Shown here: in pieces, positions 19,175-29,166 of the stretch | Layout: the number at the start of each line of letters is the position of its first letter | Numbering within the stretch: the stretch's first letter is position 1 | Source of the DNA: a virus | DNA: 64,000 nucleotides | Virus record (IMG/VR): IMGVR_UViG_3300035150_000015 | Span: 40,444-104,443 of that record | Strand: one strand, 5' to 3' | Notes under the pieces: model-generated | The model's input: only the letters and a program-made list of their open reading frames with translations | Databases searched by the model: none | Told to the model about the DNA's origin: nothing | Translations under genes and position numbers: made by a program

Positions 19175-22100
19175 CTAGGCCCCCTTGAGGACCTGGAGAA
19201 TTGGTAGAAGGACTTTCTTGGCCTCAGCGTCAGCTGCTGCCGTTCGGATAATGAGAGAACGCAATTTGGTGTACTTGTCGGAAGAAGCCTTCTTCGGTTC
19301 CTCCTCCTTAGGTTCCTCGGGCTCCTGTTGCTCTGCCAGCCTGGTTGACAAGTCAAAGAGCTCAAAAGCCATCTTGGGATTTTCGTTAGCCAGATGAACT
19401 GCCATCTTTCGGATCTGAGTCGATGCTTTCACGAGAGTAACCTTTTCTTTGGCTAGTTTCCCTGGGATAGTCCCAAATGCTTCTCCAGGACCTGGAGCCG
19501 GAACATTCCCCAAGCGAGCCAAGAGCATGTTATATGTGTTCGGGTCCACAGTTCTATTGTATTTGCTGGTGTGTATTGCGAGATCCAAGGCGGCTCTCAA
19601 CTGAGTGTCACGAAGGACTCCCTTGACATCGTCAGCCAAAACAGGGTTTTTTAACCACTCTTGGGCAGAATCCAAAATAAACCTGTAGTCTGCCTCTCCC
19701 AGTTTCCCTTGCTGGGCTTGATTCCACTGAGGGTAGGACGTGGGACGTTCTTCTTCGGGGTCCACGCCGTGGTAGACTGCAGTCCGGCGATGTTGATCCA
19801 TCGATAATCTAGAAAGATAAGTAGAATTTCGGTATCGCTCCAAAACCGCAGCCACTTTAGACCGGTTGGCCAAATCTTCAAAAAGATCTGGCACCTCTTC
19901 TTTCTTACCTCTGACCACATCATACCGGACAGGTTTTACGGGCTTAGGGGGCTCGGGCTCAGAGAAAGGTTCGGGACGTTTCTTGCCCGGAGCCTGATAG
20001 CTCGTATCCCATTTCCACATGGCCTTTTCAGCCTTGGCCTTCCTCTTCTCCCACTCCCTGTAAAGAGCTAGCTGCTGGTCATACTCGTCAGCATCCAACC
20101 TGTCCATAGCGGCCCTAACAACAGGAACCTTCTGGGGGGCCAAAGCCCGTAAACGAGACAGGATCCTAACCTTGAAAGCCACTCCTCCTGGGTGACGAGA
20201 CGTCCCATAAAGCTTTGACTTCTTCCGGAAGAAATCCGATGCCTTCCTCATTCCCTGAGCAATATTATTGGCGTCGTCCAGTTCCGAGAAAGACTCCTCA
20301 GATTCAAAGGGGGTCCTATTCAAAAACTTCGCCTTAGCCTCCTGGTAATCATTGGCCTCCAGGAACCCTCGAGCAATCCTCCGAGTGGCCGGGTCAAGCT
20401 GAGAAAGGAGTTTCTTGGCCACACCCTCACGAATTGGGATGTGTTGCCCCGAATCCAAATGTTCCTCGAAAGCCTTCTCGGCCTGTTTCTTGGCCTGCTT
20501 CTCTGAGCCCCCCCGAAGCATGAAGTCCGCAAGTGTTGAAGCCAACTCTGGGGGTACCCTTGGTCGGTTCGTCATCGACGGGAGGCTCAACTCGTAGGAC
20601 AGCCTGTCCTTAGCGGCCAAACTAGCTGCCAAGACCTGCATCTGGTGTTTACGCATAGCTTCAGCCTGCTCATCCAACGGCAGGGAGGCGAACACCCTCT
20701 TCTTCCCACCCTGCATCACCGTTCTAGGGGGCTTCACATCAGCAGGGTCAGTAGCAAAGAATTGCTGGGTTTTGGCCACAAGGTCTCTGACATTCTTAGG
20801 CTTCTGTCTACGAGCCACAGAATAATTCCGGACCAATTCCCTAGCATCCGTAGGATGTAGGTTCTTGGAAATAATGTCGACAACAAGTTCCGGGGGGAAA
20901 GTGTCGACGATTTCAGCCAACACCTCCCGACGTTCTGCCTCAGAAGGCTCTGGGCGTTCTGGCTCTGGGATACCGGCCCTCTCGAACTCGGACAATGAAT
21001 CGTAGGAACGCTTCGCGTCCAAAGCTTTCTTCAGAGCCCGGAGATTATCACTCAGACCGTCAGGCAAGGCCCCCTTCAACTCAGGGAAGGCCTTCTCGGG
21101 CCTCACAAACTCCAAGTCGTGTTCCTCCGCCAACTTGTTCAATCTCTCGGAGGGTTCGCTGGTGGGGTCAGAAAGTTGTTGAACCAGATCCCAGGCCGGC
21201 CCATTCTTCACGTCCAAAAGCAACTTGGACGCCTCGGCCCCATCCTTGATCAGCTTTTTCCGAGCCCTCTTGTCTTTTTCGATCTTCTTCTTTTCTCCCT
21301 CCTCTTGCTCGAAGCTTTCTATCAGAACGGACTGCTTCTCCGGGGGGAGCTCCTCAAAAGGGACTCTCTTCTTGGAGTCCAGAACCATCACCTGTCCGTT
21401 CTCCAACTCACTGGTAGGGATGGCTTCTAGAAACCGTTGGAACTGGGGTTCTTTGTGCCTTCCAGAAGCTACCCACTCCTGAACCTTGGGATGCTCAGGC
21501 TCCTCTGAGGCGTCCTCCTCAGGCTCCCCTTTTGCTGGCGGCTCCTTGCCCTCCTCAGGAGCTTTCTCAACCTCCTTGGGCTTGGGTGTCTTCCTACCCT
21601 TGGGCTTAGCCTTGGACTTCGAGGGCTTCGTAGCGAAGGCCTTTTGAAGGTCACCGAGAGTAGTCAAGCCCTCGGGAAGCTCTATCCCACGGAAAACCTG
21701 CGAAACTGAGAACTCGGGATTGTTCTGAGCAAACCCGTGGAGCTCTTGCCCGGGGGTAATCAAACTCTGCAACTTAGACTTGAGGGCCGGATTGTCCTTC
21801 ACGAGCTCTCGAAGTTGGTCACCGAATTGCTGCAGCTGAGCTCGATCGAGCTCCCCTTTCTTCTCCTCCCGCTTAATCTCCTCGTACTTGTGAGGCTCCT
21901 CCCTAAGAGTTCTAGGGGAGACCAGGACTGTTTTCCCTGTCTCCTTGCTTTTAGCCGGGACCCTATCCTCTTCAGCCAGAACCCGGCGTACAACCTGAGC
22001 CGATAGACTGCCGCCTATGTCCTTGTAATTCAAAGACTTATCTCGGTCTCTCGCTACATCCTGATCCCCCCCAACATCAGGATCTTCATCGACACGCATA

Positions 22101-22213
22101 TGCTCTCGGCGGCGGTCATGACGAGGGGGCTTAAGCTTGGGAGCCGGGCGCACTAAGCGCTCGGCCTCAGCATCTTCGACCTCAGAACGGGTTTTGGTGG
22201 ACCAAATATCCAT
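19175..22213 (-). CDS. Large charged protein (1012 aa), probable internal head/ejection protein
   Basis: Between portal and protease; K/E/P-rich; several K-x-A motifs at the C-terminus. Confidence 0.55.
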   Translation of the reverse strand: MDIWSTKTRSEVEDAEAERLVRPAPKLKPPRHDRRREHMRVDEDPDVGGDQDVARDRDKSLNYKDIGGSLSAQVVRRVLAEEDRVPAKSKETGKTVLVSPRTLREEPHKYEEIKREEKKGELDRAQLQQFGDQLRELVKDNPALKSKLQSLITPGQELHGFAQNNPEFSVSQVFRGIELPEGLTTLGDLQKAFATKPSKSKAKPKGRKTPKPKEVEKAPEEGKEPPAKGEPEEDASEEPEHPKVQEWVASGRHKEPQFQRFLEAIPTSELENGQVMVLDSKKRVPFEELPPEKQSVLIESFEQEEGEKKKIEKDKRARKKLIKDGAEASKLLLDVKNGPAWDLVQQLSDPTSEPSERLNKLAEEHDLEFVRPEKAFPELKGALPDGLSDNLRALKKALDAKRSYDSLSEFERAGIPEPERPEPSEAERREVLAEIVDTFPPELVVDIISKNLHPTDARELVRNYSVARRQKPKNVRDLVAKTQQFFATDPADVKPPRTVMQGGKKRVFASLPLDEQAEAMRKHQMQVLAASLAAKDRLSYELSLPSMTNRPRVPPELASTLADFMLRGGSEKQAKKQAEKAFEEHLDSGQHIPIREGVAKKLLSQLDPATRRIARGFLEANDYQEAKAKFLNRTPFESEESFSELDDANNIAQGMRKASDFFRKKSKLYGTSRHPGGVAFKVRILSRLRALAPQKVPVVRAAMDRLDADEYDQQLALYREWEKRKAKAEKAMWKWDTSYQAPGKKRPEPFSEPEPPKPVKPVRYDVVRGKKEEVPDLFEDLANRSKVAAVLERYRNSTYLSRLSMDQHRRTAVYHGVDPEEERPTSYPQWNQAQQGKLGEADYRFILDSAQEWLKNPVLADDVKGVLRDTQLRAALDLAIHTSKYNRTVDPNTYNMLLARLGNVPAPGPGEAFGTIPGKLAKEKVTLVKASTQIRKMAVHLANENPKMAFELFDLSTRLAEQQEPEEPKEEEPKKASSDKYTKLRSLIIRTAAADAEAKKVLLPILQVLKGA

Positions 22214-22240
22214 CGCCTTACCAAGGCGATAGCTAAATTA
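22212..22240 (-). promoter_or_regulatory. Motif B variant plus RBS-occluding hairpin
   Basis: TAATTTAGCTAT followed by perfect stem atcgcctt-ggt-aaggcgat, which includes the start codon. Confidence 0.5.
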
Positions 22241-24031
22241 GTAACGACCCTCGTCCTCTCCTCCGCTGGGTTTCATCTTCAGCTTCAGGTACTCAGCTAT
22301 CTTAGTAACTATGTCCGTCTGTTCGGCCAGTAGACGCCCGACCTCACTGTAGACACCCCTCATAGCCTCGTTGAAGACTGCATCATTGACCGTGAACATG
22401 TCCTTCTCGATCTTTAGCTTCGTTTCCTCAGGATCGATGCCAAGAAGCTCAAGGATGAGGTCGATGCTGATACTCCCCTTCTGGTAGAGGTTCATCATCG
22501 CATCAAAAGTATCCTGTGAGTCTCGAAGAGGCAGTCGAGTGAAGCTCAAACGCGGGTACAGAACCACTTCCTGGCCCCACTCATCCTCCTCCACGAATCC
22601 CATGCGACGAGCCACAGGTTCGAACAGGTAGGTATGGACGTAGTCCTGAACGATCTCACGAAGATGAAGATACCTTGTATTGATGACCTCCAGCTTTAGC
22701 CGATCCCCAGAATAGAGAGTCTCACCACTCATGAGACTCTCGGTGACACCCAACCCGGAAAGTAGCCGACGTTCAGTCTGCTCATACTCCACAGACAGAT
22801 CGAGGAGCCGGTCCCGAGCTCCCATCTCTTCCCACCGAATCTCGTAGTTTGCAACAATACTGTAATCGGGGTCTACGAGAGCCAGATCCACTTCTGCCCG
22901 TAGTATGTCCACATCGTCATTGCTCAAGCCCTCAGCCCAGACAATTCTTTTGGGCGTCATGGCTCTAGAAGCGATGGACGTCTGGGCCTGGCGAAGCTTC
23001 TCTCGGTAGTAGAGCGTACGCAAGCATCTGTCCAAAATACTCTGTCCTAGAGGGCTGTTGTCCGATTTCCGGCCGGAAAGAAGGTGCACAAAGGAGCCTT
23101 CATCCGGGTCAGTCCCCAACGGAATCAGGTGCCCTTGCGAAATGTGCTCCCGAACCTCATGGGGGATATCCTGGGCCAGCTCTTCGTCAGCCGGATTGCC
23201 ATTTTTAGCGCCTTCAACAAGGGCCCGATCTTTGTCGGAAGGGATTAGCTCCACCCGAACCCGGTCTGTGAACGAACCAGTGGTGACCTTGACCCTATCC
23301 AGAGGAAGAATGATAAGCCGGGCCCATCCGGCATAGTGCTTCTGGTAGTAAAGAAGTTCCTGGTCTTCCCTATCAGTATCTTCTACCCAATACTCCTCCT
23401 CTTCCTCTACAGCATCACCGTTATCCTTCAGCACAGCCTTCGGCCGCTTCTCCAGCTTATGCCCAACCTCTTGTGGGAGATCAACATCAGAATCCTCAGC
23501 GAAAATGACACTGGTGCCATTAAGCCAATAGTGTCGAACAATCGTCAGTAGATTCTGGAAAAGCTTGATCCTATCGCACATCCTTTCGTACCGGCTCAGG
23601 ATATACCGGCCGTAATCGTGAGGATCCTTGAAGCCCTTGGGGCAGGTCCTGGGCTTAGGGGGCGCCAAGCGGACTTTAGAGAGGGGGATCTCCGTGTGTA
23701 GATCGATAGCTTGCCCAACAAGCTCATCAGAATTGTAGAAATGCTGGTAGATCTCCAGCTTTTCTCGACGAGACTGAGGCAGCTCTAGGAAATCTGTGGA
23801 GAGCTGCGGGGAAAAGAAATTACCCTGGGAGCTCAGAATAGAATCCCCAGCAAAGCCACCCGTTCCACCAATCCCACAGGAGGCCTGAACCTGCTGCCGG
23901 GCCAATCTTTCCTTGAAAGTAAGCTGGGACCCGGAACTAGCCACATAAGGTCTAGGACGGGGAGGGACCGCAAACGTTGCTACCGTCGTCCTAGGGGCTG
24001 GTCGAGCGTTCGTGATGTAATCACTCGGCAT
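22238..24031 (-). CDS. Portal protein
   Basis: 597 aa in the terminase-to-protease interval; FYNSDELVGQAIDLH and helical portal-like pattern. Confidence 0.7.
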   Translation of the reverse strand: MPSDYITNARPAPRTTVATFAVPPRPRPYVASSGSQLTFKERLARQQVQASCGIGGTGGFAGDSILSSQGNFFSPQLSTDFLELPQSRREKLEIYQHFYNSDELVGQAIDLHTEIPLSKVRLAPPKPRTCPKGFKDPHDYGRYILSRYERMCDRIKLFQNLLTIVRHYWLNGTSVIFAEDSDVDLPQEVGHKLEKRPKAVLKDNGDAVEEEEEYWVEDTDREDQELLYYQKHYAGWARLIILPLDRVKVTTGSFTDRVRVELIPSDKDRALVEGAKNGNPADEELAQDIPHEVREHISQGHLIPLGTDPDEGSFVHLLSGRKSDNSPLGQSILDRCLRTLYYREKLRQAQTSIASRAMTPKRIVWAEGLSNDDVDILRAEVDLALVDPDYSIVANYEIRWEEMGARDRLLDLSVEYEQTERRLLSGLGVTESLMSGETLYSGDRLKLEVINTRYLHLREIVQDYVHTYLFEPVARRMGFVEEDEWGQEVVLYPRLSFTRLPLRDSQDTFDAMMNLYQKGSISIDLILELLGIDPEETKLKIEKDMFTVNDAVFNEAMRGVYSEVGRLLAEQTDIVTKIAEYLKLKMKPSGGEDEGRY

Positions 24032-24446
24032 CTAACACCTCACCATATAGCTCCTCAAAGTCAGGATCAGCAGGTGGAAGCCATGACCTGGCCTGCTCCT
24101 CACGCAATTGCTTTCGTTCCTCAGCCTTCCGCTGAGCCTCTTCTCTACGACTCTTCTCCTCAGACACTTCCTGAAGGGCCCGGTCCAAAATCCGGTCCAT
24201 GGAAGAAGTCCTCTGGATCCCATTAGAAAGAGCAGCCGCTAGACGAGAATGGGCATTCACAAATACCATGTAACTAGAAAAGGACTCCCCACGATCCTTT
24301 CGTACCGCCTTTCTGAGGGATTCCACCAAAATTTGGAAGTCCTTCAGCTTTTCATCTAAACCCGCTCGGGCGTCGACAATCTGGCCCACAAGAGCCTGGA
24401 TCTCAGACTCAGAAGAATCTCTCAAGAATTTACGCGGAGAGGGCAT
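24021..24446 (-). CDS. Hypothetical coiled-coil protein
   Basis: 141-aa co-oriented ORF coupled to the portal gene. Confidence 0.6.
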   Translation of the reverse strand: MPSPRKFLRDSSESEIQALVGQIVDARAGLDEKLKDFQILVESLRKAVRKDRGESFSSYMVFVNAHSRLAAALSNGIQRTSSMDRILDRALQEVSEEKSRREEAQRKAEERKQLREEQARSWLPPADPDFEELYGEVLDAE

Positions 24447-24449
24447 GAT

Positions 24450-24965
24450 TTACATTGTTGTCTGAATTCCAAGGAATTCTCTGTTCAAAAGTTGGGGGGC
24501 TTGGGTCACAATCCCAGCAGGCACCGACGGGGCGTCAGGGTCACCGGAAAAAGTCAGTTCGTCCTCTTTGGTCCAGAGACCTCGAAGGGAAAAATACAAG
24601 ATGTCATTCTCTGAATAGGTAAGGGGCACAAGAGGAGGAGCGAGCCTGGACGCCAAAGTGTAGCGCTCGTAAGAGGAAGTAGAGAGCACAGAAGCCCCAA
24701 AAAGCATGGTGGCAAACTGGTAATACGGTTGATTCCTAGTAGTGGCCGCATAGTCATCCCCGGCCTCATCCGACCCCCAAACTAGGAATCCCCCAAATTT
24801 CCCCCTGGAATACGTGACCAACATTTCATCATCCACAGAGCCGGACCATTGCACCCCTTGGCCACCAGGCCAACCCCCCTGCACCATAGAAGAGTCCACC
24901 ACCACTGTAGTACTATCGTCGAGGACGAACACGACACAATCTCTAGATCTGGGAAGCTCAGGCAT
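24450..24965 (-). CDS. Decoration-like protein, paralog 1
   Basis: Aligns end to end with 24967-25482 (RSRD, GQGxQW, WGSDE, RNQP, STSSxERYT, SGDP.AP, QAP). Confidence 0.65.
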   Translation of the reverse strand: MPELPRSRDCVVFVLDDSTTVVVDSSMVQGGWPGGQGVQWSGSVDDEMLVTYSRGKFGGFLVWGSDEAGDDYAATTRNQPYYQFATMLFGASVLSTSSYERYTLASRLAPPLVPLTYSENDILYFSLRGLWTKEDELTFSGDPDAPSVPAGIVTQAPQLLNREFLGIQTTM

Positions 24966-24966
24966 T

Positions 24967-25482
24967 TCAGGTCTTCATGTGAACAGTGATGTAGTTACTT
25001 GTGACAAAAGAGGGGGCTTGAATCGCTACTCCCACCACATTATCGTTGGGGGCTCTAGGATCACCAGACAAACTCCACTCATCCTCATTCGTCAGCTTAC
25101 CGGAAAGGGAGTAGAATAGGTCCTCCGACGGGGTATAGACGATGGGAGTCGGATTTGGGAGACCACGGGTGGCGTAGGTATACCGCTCAAAGGAACTGGT
25201 AGAGATGATCCAACCCCCCATACCCACCACTGCAAACTTGTAGGTTGGTTGATTTCTGGACATCGAGGTGAACTTGTCAGCGGTTTCGTCTGAGCCCCAG
25301 AGAAAAAAAGCCTCAGCCAGGCCGTCGGACAGACTGACCGTAATCTCGTCCCGTCCAGAATCGTACCACTGGGCCCCTTGGCCGGCAGACCATCCAGACA
25401 CAGCAAGGTCCGGGGAAACGGCTACGGCAAATGCGTCCCCTTTCTTGTAGATGATTAGGTCCCTGCTCCTGGCCACTTCCAT
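24967..25482 (-). CDS. Decoration-like protein, paralog 2
   Basis: TGATG-coupled start at 25482 (MEVARSRD); paralog of the downstream gene. Confidence 0.65.
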   Translation of the reverse strand: MEVARSRDLIIYKKGDAFAVAVSPDLAVSGWSAGQGAQWYDSGRDEITVSLSDGLAEAFFLWGSDETADKFTSMSRNQPTYKFAVVGMGGWIISTSSFERYTYATRGLPNPTPIVYTPSEDLFYSLSGKLTNEDEWSLSGDPRAPNDNVVGVAIQAPSFVTSNYITVHMKT

Positions 25483-25724
25483 CAGAACCCAACCTCTCGC
25501 TTCCGCTGAGGCATAGCACCCCAAGCCTTCAGGATATTCGTCAGCATCTGTAGATGGGACAAATTCCCTTGTTCTATCTCTTCCCACTTACCCCGACAGC
25601 TTCGAAAAGCCGTTCGGATGGCCTGATAGTCCTCCGGGAGGACAATCATGTCCGACCCCAGCAAGTTGTCGACAAACTTCCGGATGACTTGGTCAGAAAA
25701 AGCGAGTGGGGTCTTTCGGTCCAT
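25482..25724 (-). CDS. Small hypothetical protein
   Basis: 80-aa ORF with GGTGA SD, coupled to the next gene. Confidence 0.6.
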   Translation of the reverse strand: MDRKTPLAFSDQVIRKFVDNLLGSDMIVLPEDYQAIRTAFRSCRGKWEEIEQGNLSHLQMLTNILKAWGAMPQRKREVGF

Positions 25725-25801
25725 ATCAACTCACCAAAAAGGCTCTATCTCCTATATAGAATTGGTCGACCGGTGGAATTTCACAAAAGAGCTCCAGAAT
25801 A

Positions 25802-25813
25802 AGTATACACCGG
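25802..25813 (-). promoter_or_regulatory. Motif A (candidate middle promoter) CCGGTGTATACT
   Basis: Same core recurs at about 10 gene boundaries. Confidence 0.5.
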
Positions 25814-28800
25814 CTATCTCAAAAAAGGACGACGTCTGGGGACTCTTCTATCTCCAATGTACCCTCTTTGCCTGTCTCGAATGCGCTGATATCGTTCGGA
25901 AGTCATAGAAGCGGAAGCCCGAGGCAGATGTAAGCCTCCTCCGGCCACATGTTTTTGGTTGACCAAGATATTCATTGAGAGCCATGTAGCACGGACAAGG
26001 GAGTCACTCAAGTCGTCATGATTACCTCTGACCTGGGGAGCCTGCACCAAAACAATGTTCTTAGAAAGCTTACGGGCTTCTAGACTCAACAACTCCGTAA
26101 TGAGTGAGGAGTGGCGGTCTTGGCCCTCTTTGGCCCTTTCTGGAATTGGGTAATCATAGAGCCGTAGGCTACCATTCAGAATGAAACTCTTGGCCGCTTG
26201 GTAAATCTTGCTGTTCTGGTCCCGAGTGAAAAACTCCGACCGGAACTGCTTAAGCCCCTTCTTGTGCAAGGCTTGTTCCAGAGGAATGCCGTTCCACTGG
26301 TCAAAGAGACCTGCAGTGATATGGAATCTCTTAGCTAGAGCCTCAATCCAATTGGCAATCTCACCAAAGTCCAAACGCTCTACTGTTTCCAGGGTCTTAG
26401 CATATCCCGTGGTATATTCTCCGTGGAGATGGGGGTTGGTTTCCTTCCAATCAACCCCAGCATACCATACCTCATGGTAATCCAAAGAGATGTAATCTGA
26501 TTCAGCATGGGTGATGGATACTGCTGTGCCGTCCTCCACGAGCCCAACGTCAATCCCCATCTGGTAAGGCTTACGAGGAGTCGGTCTAATGGTCGGACGA
26601 CGGCCTACATCAATGCAAGCCTCGAGATCTTTCTTTCTCTCCAACCAACCCTTGGCCTGGTCACTGAACCGAGCACCGTGCTCAGTCGCGAACACAACCG
26701 GGTCGTCGTGGTACTTCTCCTTGTAGTAGGAACTGGGGATCGTAGGATTGATTTCCCACGTAGGAGCCTGAATCGCCAAGATGTTAGCGGCTGCCGGGCC
26801 CCCGTGCATAGCTGTGCTGAACTTCTTGAAAAAGAGGCCTGACCGCCCTAAGGGGGACGAAATAAGAATGATCCTAGACTCTACTGGGGCAATATCTCCT
26901 GTCTCCTTGTCCACAGCAGGACGCCCGGTGTCAGAATCCTTCCGAGAAAAGGCGGCAGAAGACGGGGTAACAGCAGCATAAATCTCGTCAGCCGAACTGT
27001 TGCCCTTGTCTTGGAAGTGGGCCACCTCGTCGAGAATAATTACAATGTTACCGGAACCGCGAAGGCCCTTGGCGATACAGCTCTTGAATGTGACTCTCAG
27101 AGAGGCCTTGCCGTTCAGAGAGACAAACTTGCCATTCTCATGGTGGACGTTGGGCCCAAACTTCTCGATATCATAAGGGGTTCGGAAGTTGACGTGGCTT
27201 AAGGTATTGTTGGCAATGTACTGCTTGAAATAGTCGCACTTAGCCAAATGTGTGGTAACCTCACCAAATAGGAGGCCGGCCTGTTCTTTGTCCGTAGCGA
27301 CGCTAATAACTTGGATTCGGTTGCCATTCGGAAGCCCATAATACTCCTGAGGATTGTATAGGTTCAGAAGCCGATATACCTCGTAGGAGGCAAAGATGCC
27401 AGATAGGGTCGTATTATGGTTGACTACTCCATTGGCTACAAAAGATTCCCCTTCTGGAACAGTGAGATCGTAAACCTGATGCTCTCCACGCTCTATGGAT
27501 TGGACAGGATCATAGAAATAGTCCAATTCCACTAATTCTCGAAAGTGGGATGCAGCCTCCGAAGCCCCCAGGTCGATTGCAACAGATAGGGCCTTATCTA
27601 ATCGCGAGTAGGACAGGTCTTCTCCAGAGGAAGGCTTGCATGTGTTGCCGAAAGCCTTCCTCAAATGACTGCGGCCCCAACCCTTTTCACCTCTAGCAGG
27701 GTTACGTTTAGGCACAGCCTCGAGTAATTCTCGAATGTGGGAATACTGATGAGGAATACTCTCCGTATCAGACTTCCCCTCCTGAGCATTCTTCAACGCA
27801 GCCTGCAAAGGCCGCTGCTTCTTATTAGAGTCGAACCCCACCAGTTCAGCAAAAATCCTCCTTGAACGAACACCCTTTAGACTAAGAATGGCATAATATC
27901 GTTCAGTTTCGGGATTCCACTTTCTAGCCACATTGGAAACTATCCCCAAATTAAGGAGCAAAACCTGAACATCAGAGGCAAGCTCAAAACTAGCCGTAGA
28001 AAGCGTAATGTGCCTTCCGCCTCCTTCTGCCGAACCATCGGTCTCAAATAAGCCTCTCAGAAAAGCACACACCACACTCTTAGGTGACCTTAGGATAGAC
28101 CAAGGTACTCTTTTATCGTACCTGCCACACCCCCAGGACCATCCCAAGTCATGAAGAAATTGTCGCATCCCCACACTGGGGAATTCTAGTCTACCTGTAT
28201 TTTTAGTGCGCTTGTCCTTCTGAACCCTACAAGAGCCAAACAATCTATCAAACAAGTCCCTCAAGTAGAGCCAAGTCTCATCATGCTCCACAGTAACAGC
28301 CACACCCTGAGTGTGGCCCCAAGACCCATCCCCCACCAAATAACCCAGAAGGTTTCCCCATGCTTCATCTAACTGATCCGGAAAAACGAGGTCTTTACGC
28401 CCACGGTCGTTGTGAAAAGGCTTAGTATCCAGTTGTTCAGAAGCCCAAAGGTCAGTGCCTCTATGAATTGCCAAGAAATCACCGGGACGGATTTCGTCCA
28501 AGTATCGCCAGTCAACGACCCCCTCAGCAGTCATGACTCTAACTCGATGATTGGCCGTTCCCCCAATCTCGTATCCAGACTTCGTCTTCAGTGTATATGT
28601 AGGCTTTACACCCCCATTGTAGAAATGGGATGAACGGGACTTTGCCGAACCCTCTTGAGCCACCCCAATCTCTAATTCACTGAATTCCTCTTCAGAGGCA
28701 ATACCCAGCTCTTCAATAGGGAAAATTCCTCGGTCTGTGAGAACTAGAGTACCCTCCCGGTTACACTTACCGGCCCGCCGGCCTATGGCCAGAACGAGTT

Positions 28801-29158
28801 CCCGTCGGTCATGGTCCTGTTCCCCAATATTGCACCGGCCCTCATTATGAAGGTAGCTAAGATATTCCTTCTCAGTGAGCTCGTAGAGGATCTTAGTGTT
28901 GAACATGTCCGGAATCTGGATCCTCAGATTGGGGTCCTCCGGAAGAAAGTCGTCCAGCTCCAAGTTGTAGTACAGCTTGACTAGAAATTTCTGCGCTGGA
29001 AAGAGGGTCATGTTCAGACCCCAGGGCTGCTCTATGTATTCTAGAACATTGAAAATCTTGGGTTTGGCCGTTGCCACGGCCTCTTTCCCATAAGCAGATT
29101 TGACTCGTTGAGCGGTCTTCCGGACCAGCTCAGCAGCGGTCATTGGTTTGCTGGCCAA
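25814..29158 (-). CDS. terL: Terminase large subunit with intein
   Basis: Spliced Walker A GRRAGK|TT, Walker B IILDE, ISSP coupling motif, nuclease GIDVG and HDDLSD. Confidence 0.92.
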   Translation of the reverse strand: MASKPMTAAELVRKTAQRVKSAYGKEAVATAKPKIFNVLEYIEQPWGLNMTLFPAQKFLVKLYYNLELDDFLPEDPNLRIQIPDMFNTKILYELTEKEYLSYLHNEGRCNIGEQDHDRRELVLAIGRRAGKCNREGTLVLTDRGIFPIEELGIASEEEFSELEIGVAQEGSAKSRSSHFYNGGVKPTYTLKTKSGYEIGGTANHRVRVMTAEGVVDWRYLDEIRPGDFLAIHRGTDLWASEQLDTKPFHNDRGRKDLVFPDQLDEAWGNLLGYLVGDGSWGHTQGVAVTVEHDETWLYLRDLFDRLFGSCRVQKDKRTKNTGRLEFPSVGMRQFLHDLGWSWGCGRYDKRVPWSILRSPKSVVCAFLRGLFETDGSAEGGGRHITLSTASFELASDVQVLLLNLGIVSNVARKWNPETERYYAILSLKGVRSRRIFAELVGFDSNKKQRPLQAALKNAQEGKSDTESIPHQYSHIRELLEAVPKRNPARGEKGWGRSHLRKAFGNTCKPSSGEDLSYSRLDKALSVAIDLGASEAASHFRELVELDYFYDPVQSIERGEHQVYDLTVPEGESFVANGVVNHNTTLSGIFASYEVYRLLNLYNPQEYYGLPNGNRIQVISVATDKEQAGLLFGEVTTHLAKCDYFKQYIANNTLSHVNFRTPYDIEKFGPNVHHENGKFVSLNGKASLRVTFKSCIAKGLRGSGNIVIILDEVAHFQDKGNSSADEIYAAVTPSSAAFSRKDSDTGRPAVDKETGDIAPVESRIILISSPLGRSGLFFKKFSTAMHGGPAAANILAIQAPTWEINPTIPSSYYKEKYHDDPVVFATEHGARFSDQAKGWLERKKDLEACIDVGRRPTIRPTPRKPYQMGIDVGLVEDGTAVSITHAESDYISLDYHEVWYAGVDWKETNPHLHGEYTTGYAKTLETVERLDFGEIANWIEALAKRFHITAGLFDQWNGIPLEQALHKKGLKQFRSEFFTRDQNSKIYQAAKSFILNGSLRLYDYPIPERAKEGQDRHSSLITELLSLEARKLSKNIVLVQAPQVRGNHDDLSDSLVRATWLSMNILVNQKHVAGGGLHLPRASASMTSERYQRIRDRQRGYIGDRRVPRRRPFLR
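27413..28765 (-). mobile_element. Intein (451 aa) with LAGLIDADG endonuclease in the TerL Walker A motif
   Basis: Starts CNREGT; LLGYLVGDG and FLRGLFETDG motifs; ends NHN followed by Thr. Confidence 0.93.
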
Positions 29159-29166
29159 AAGTCACC

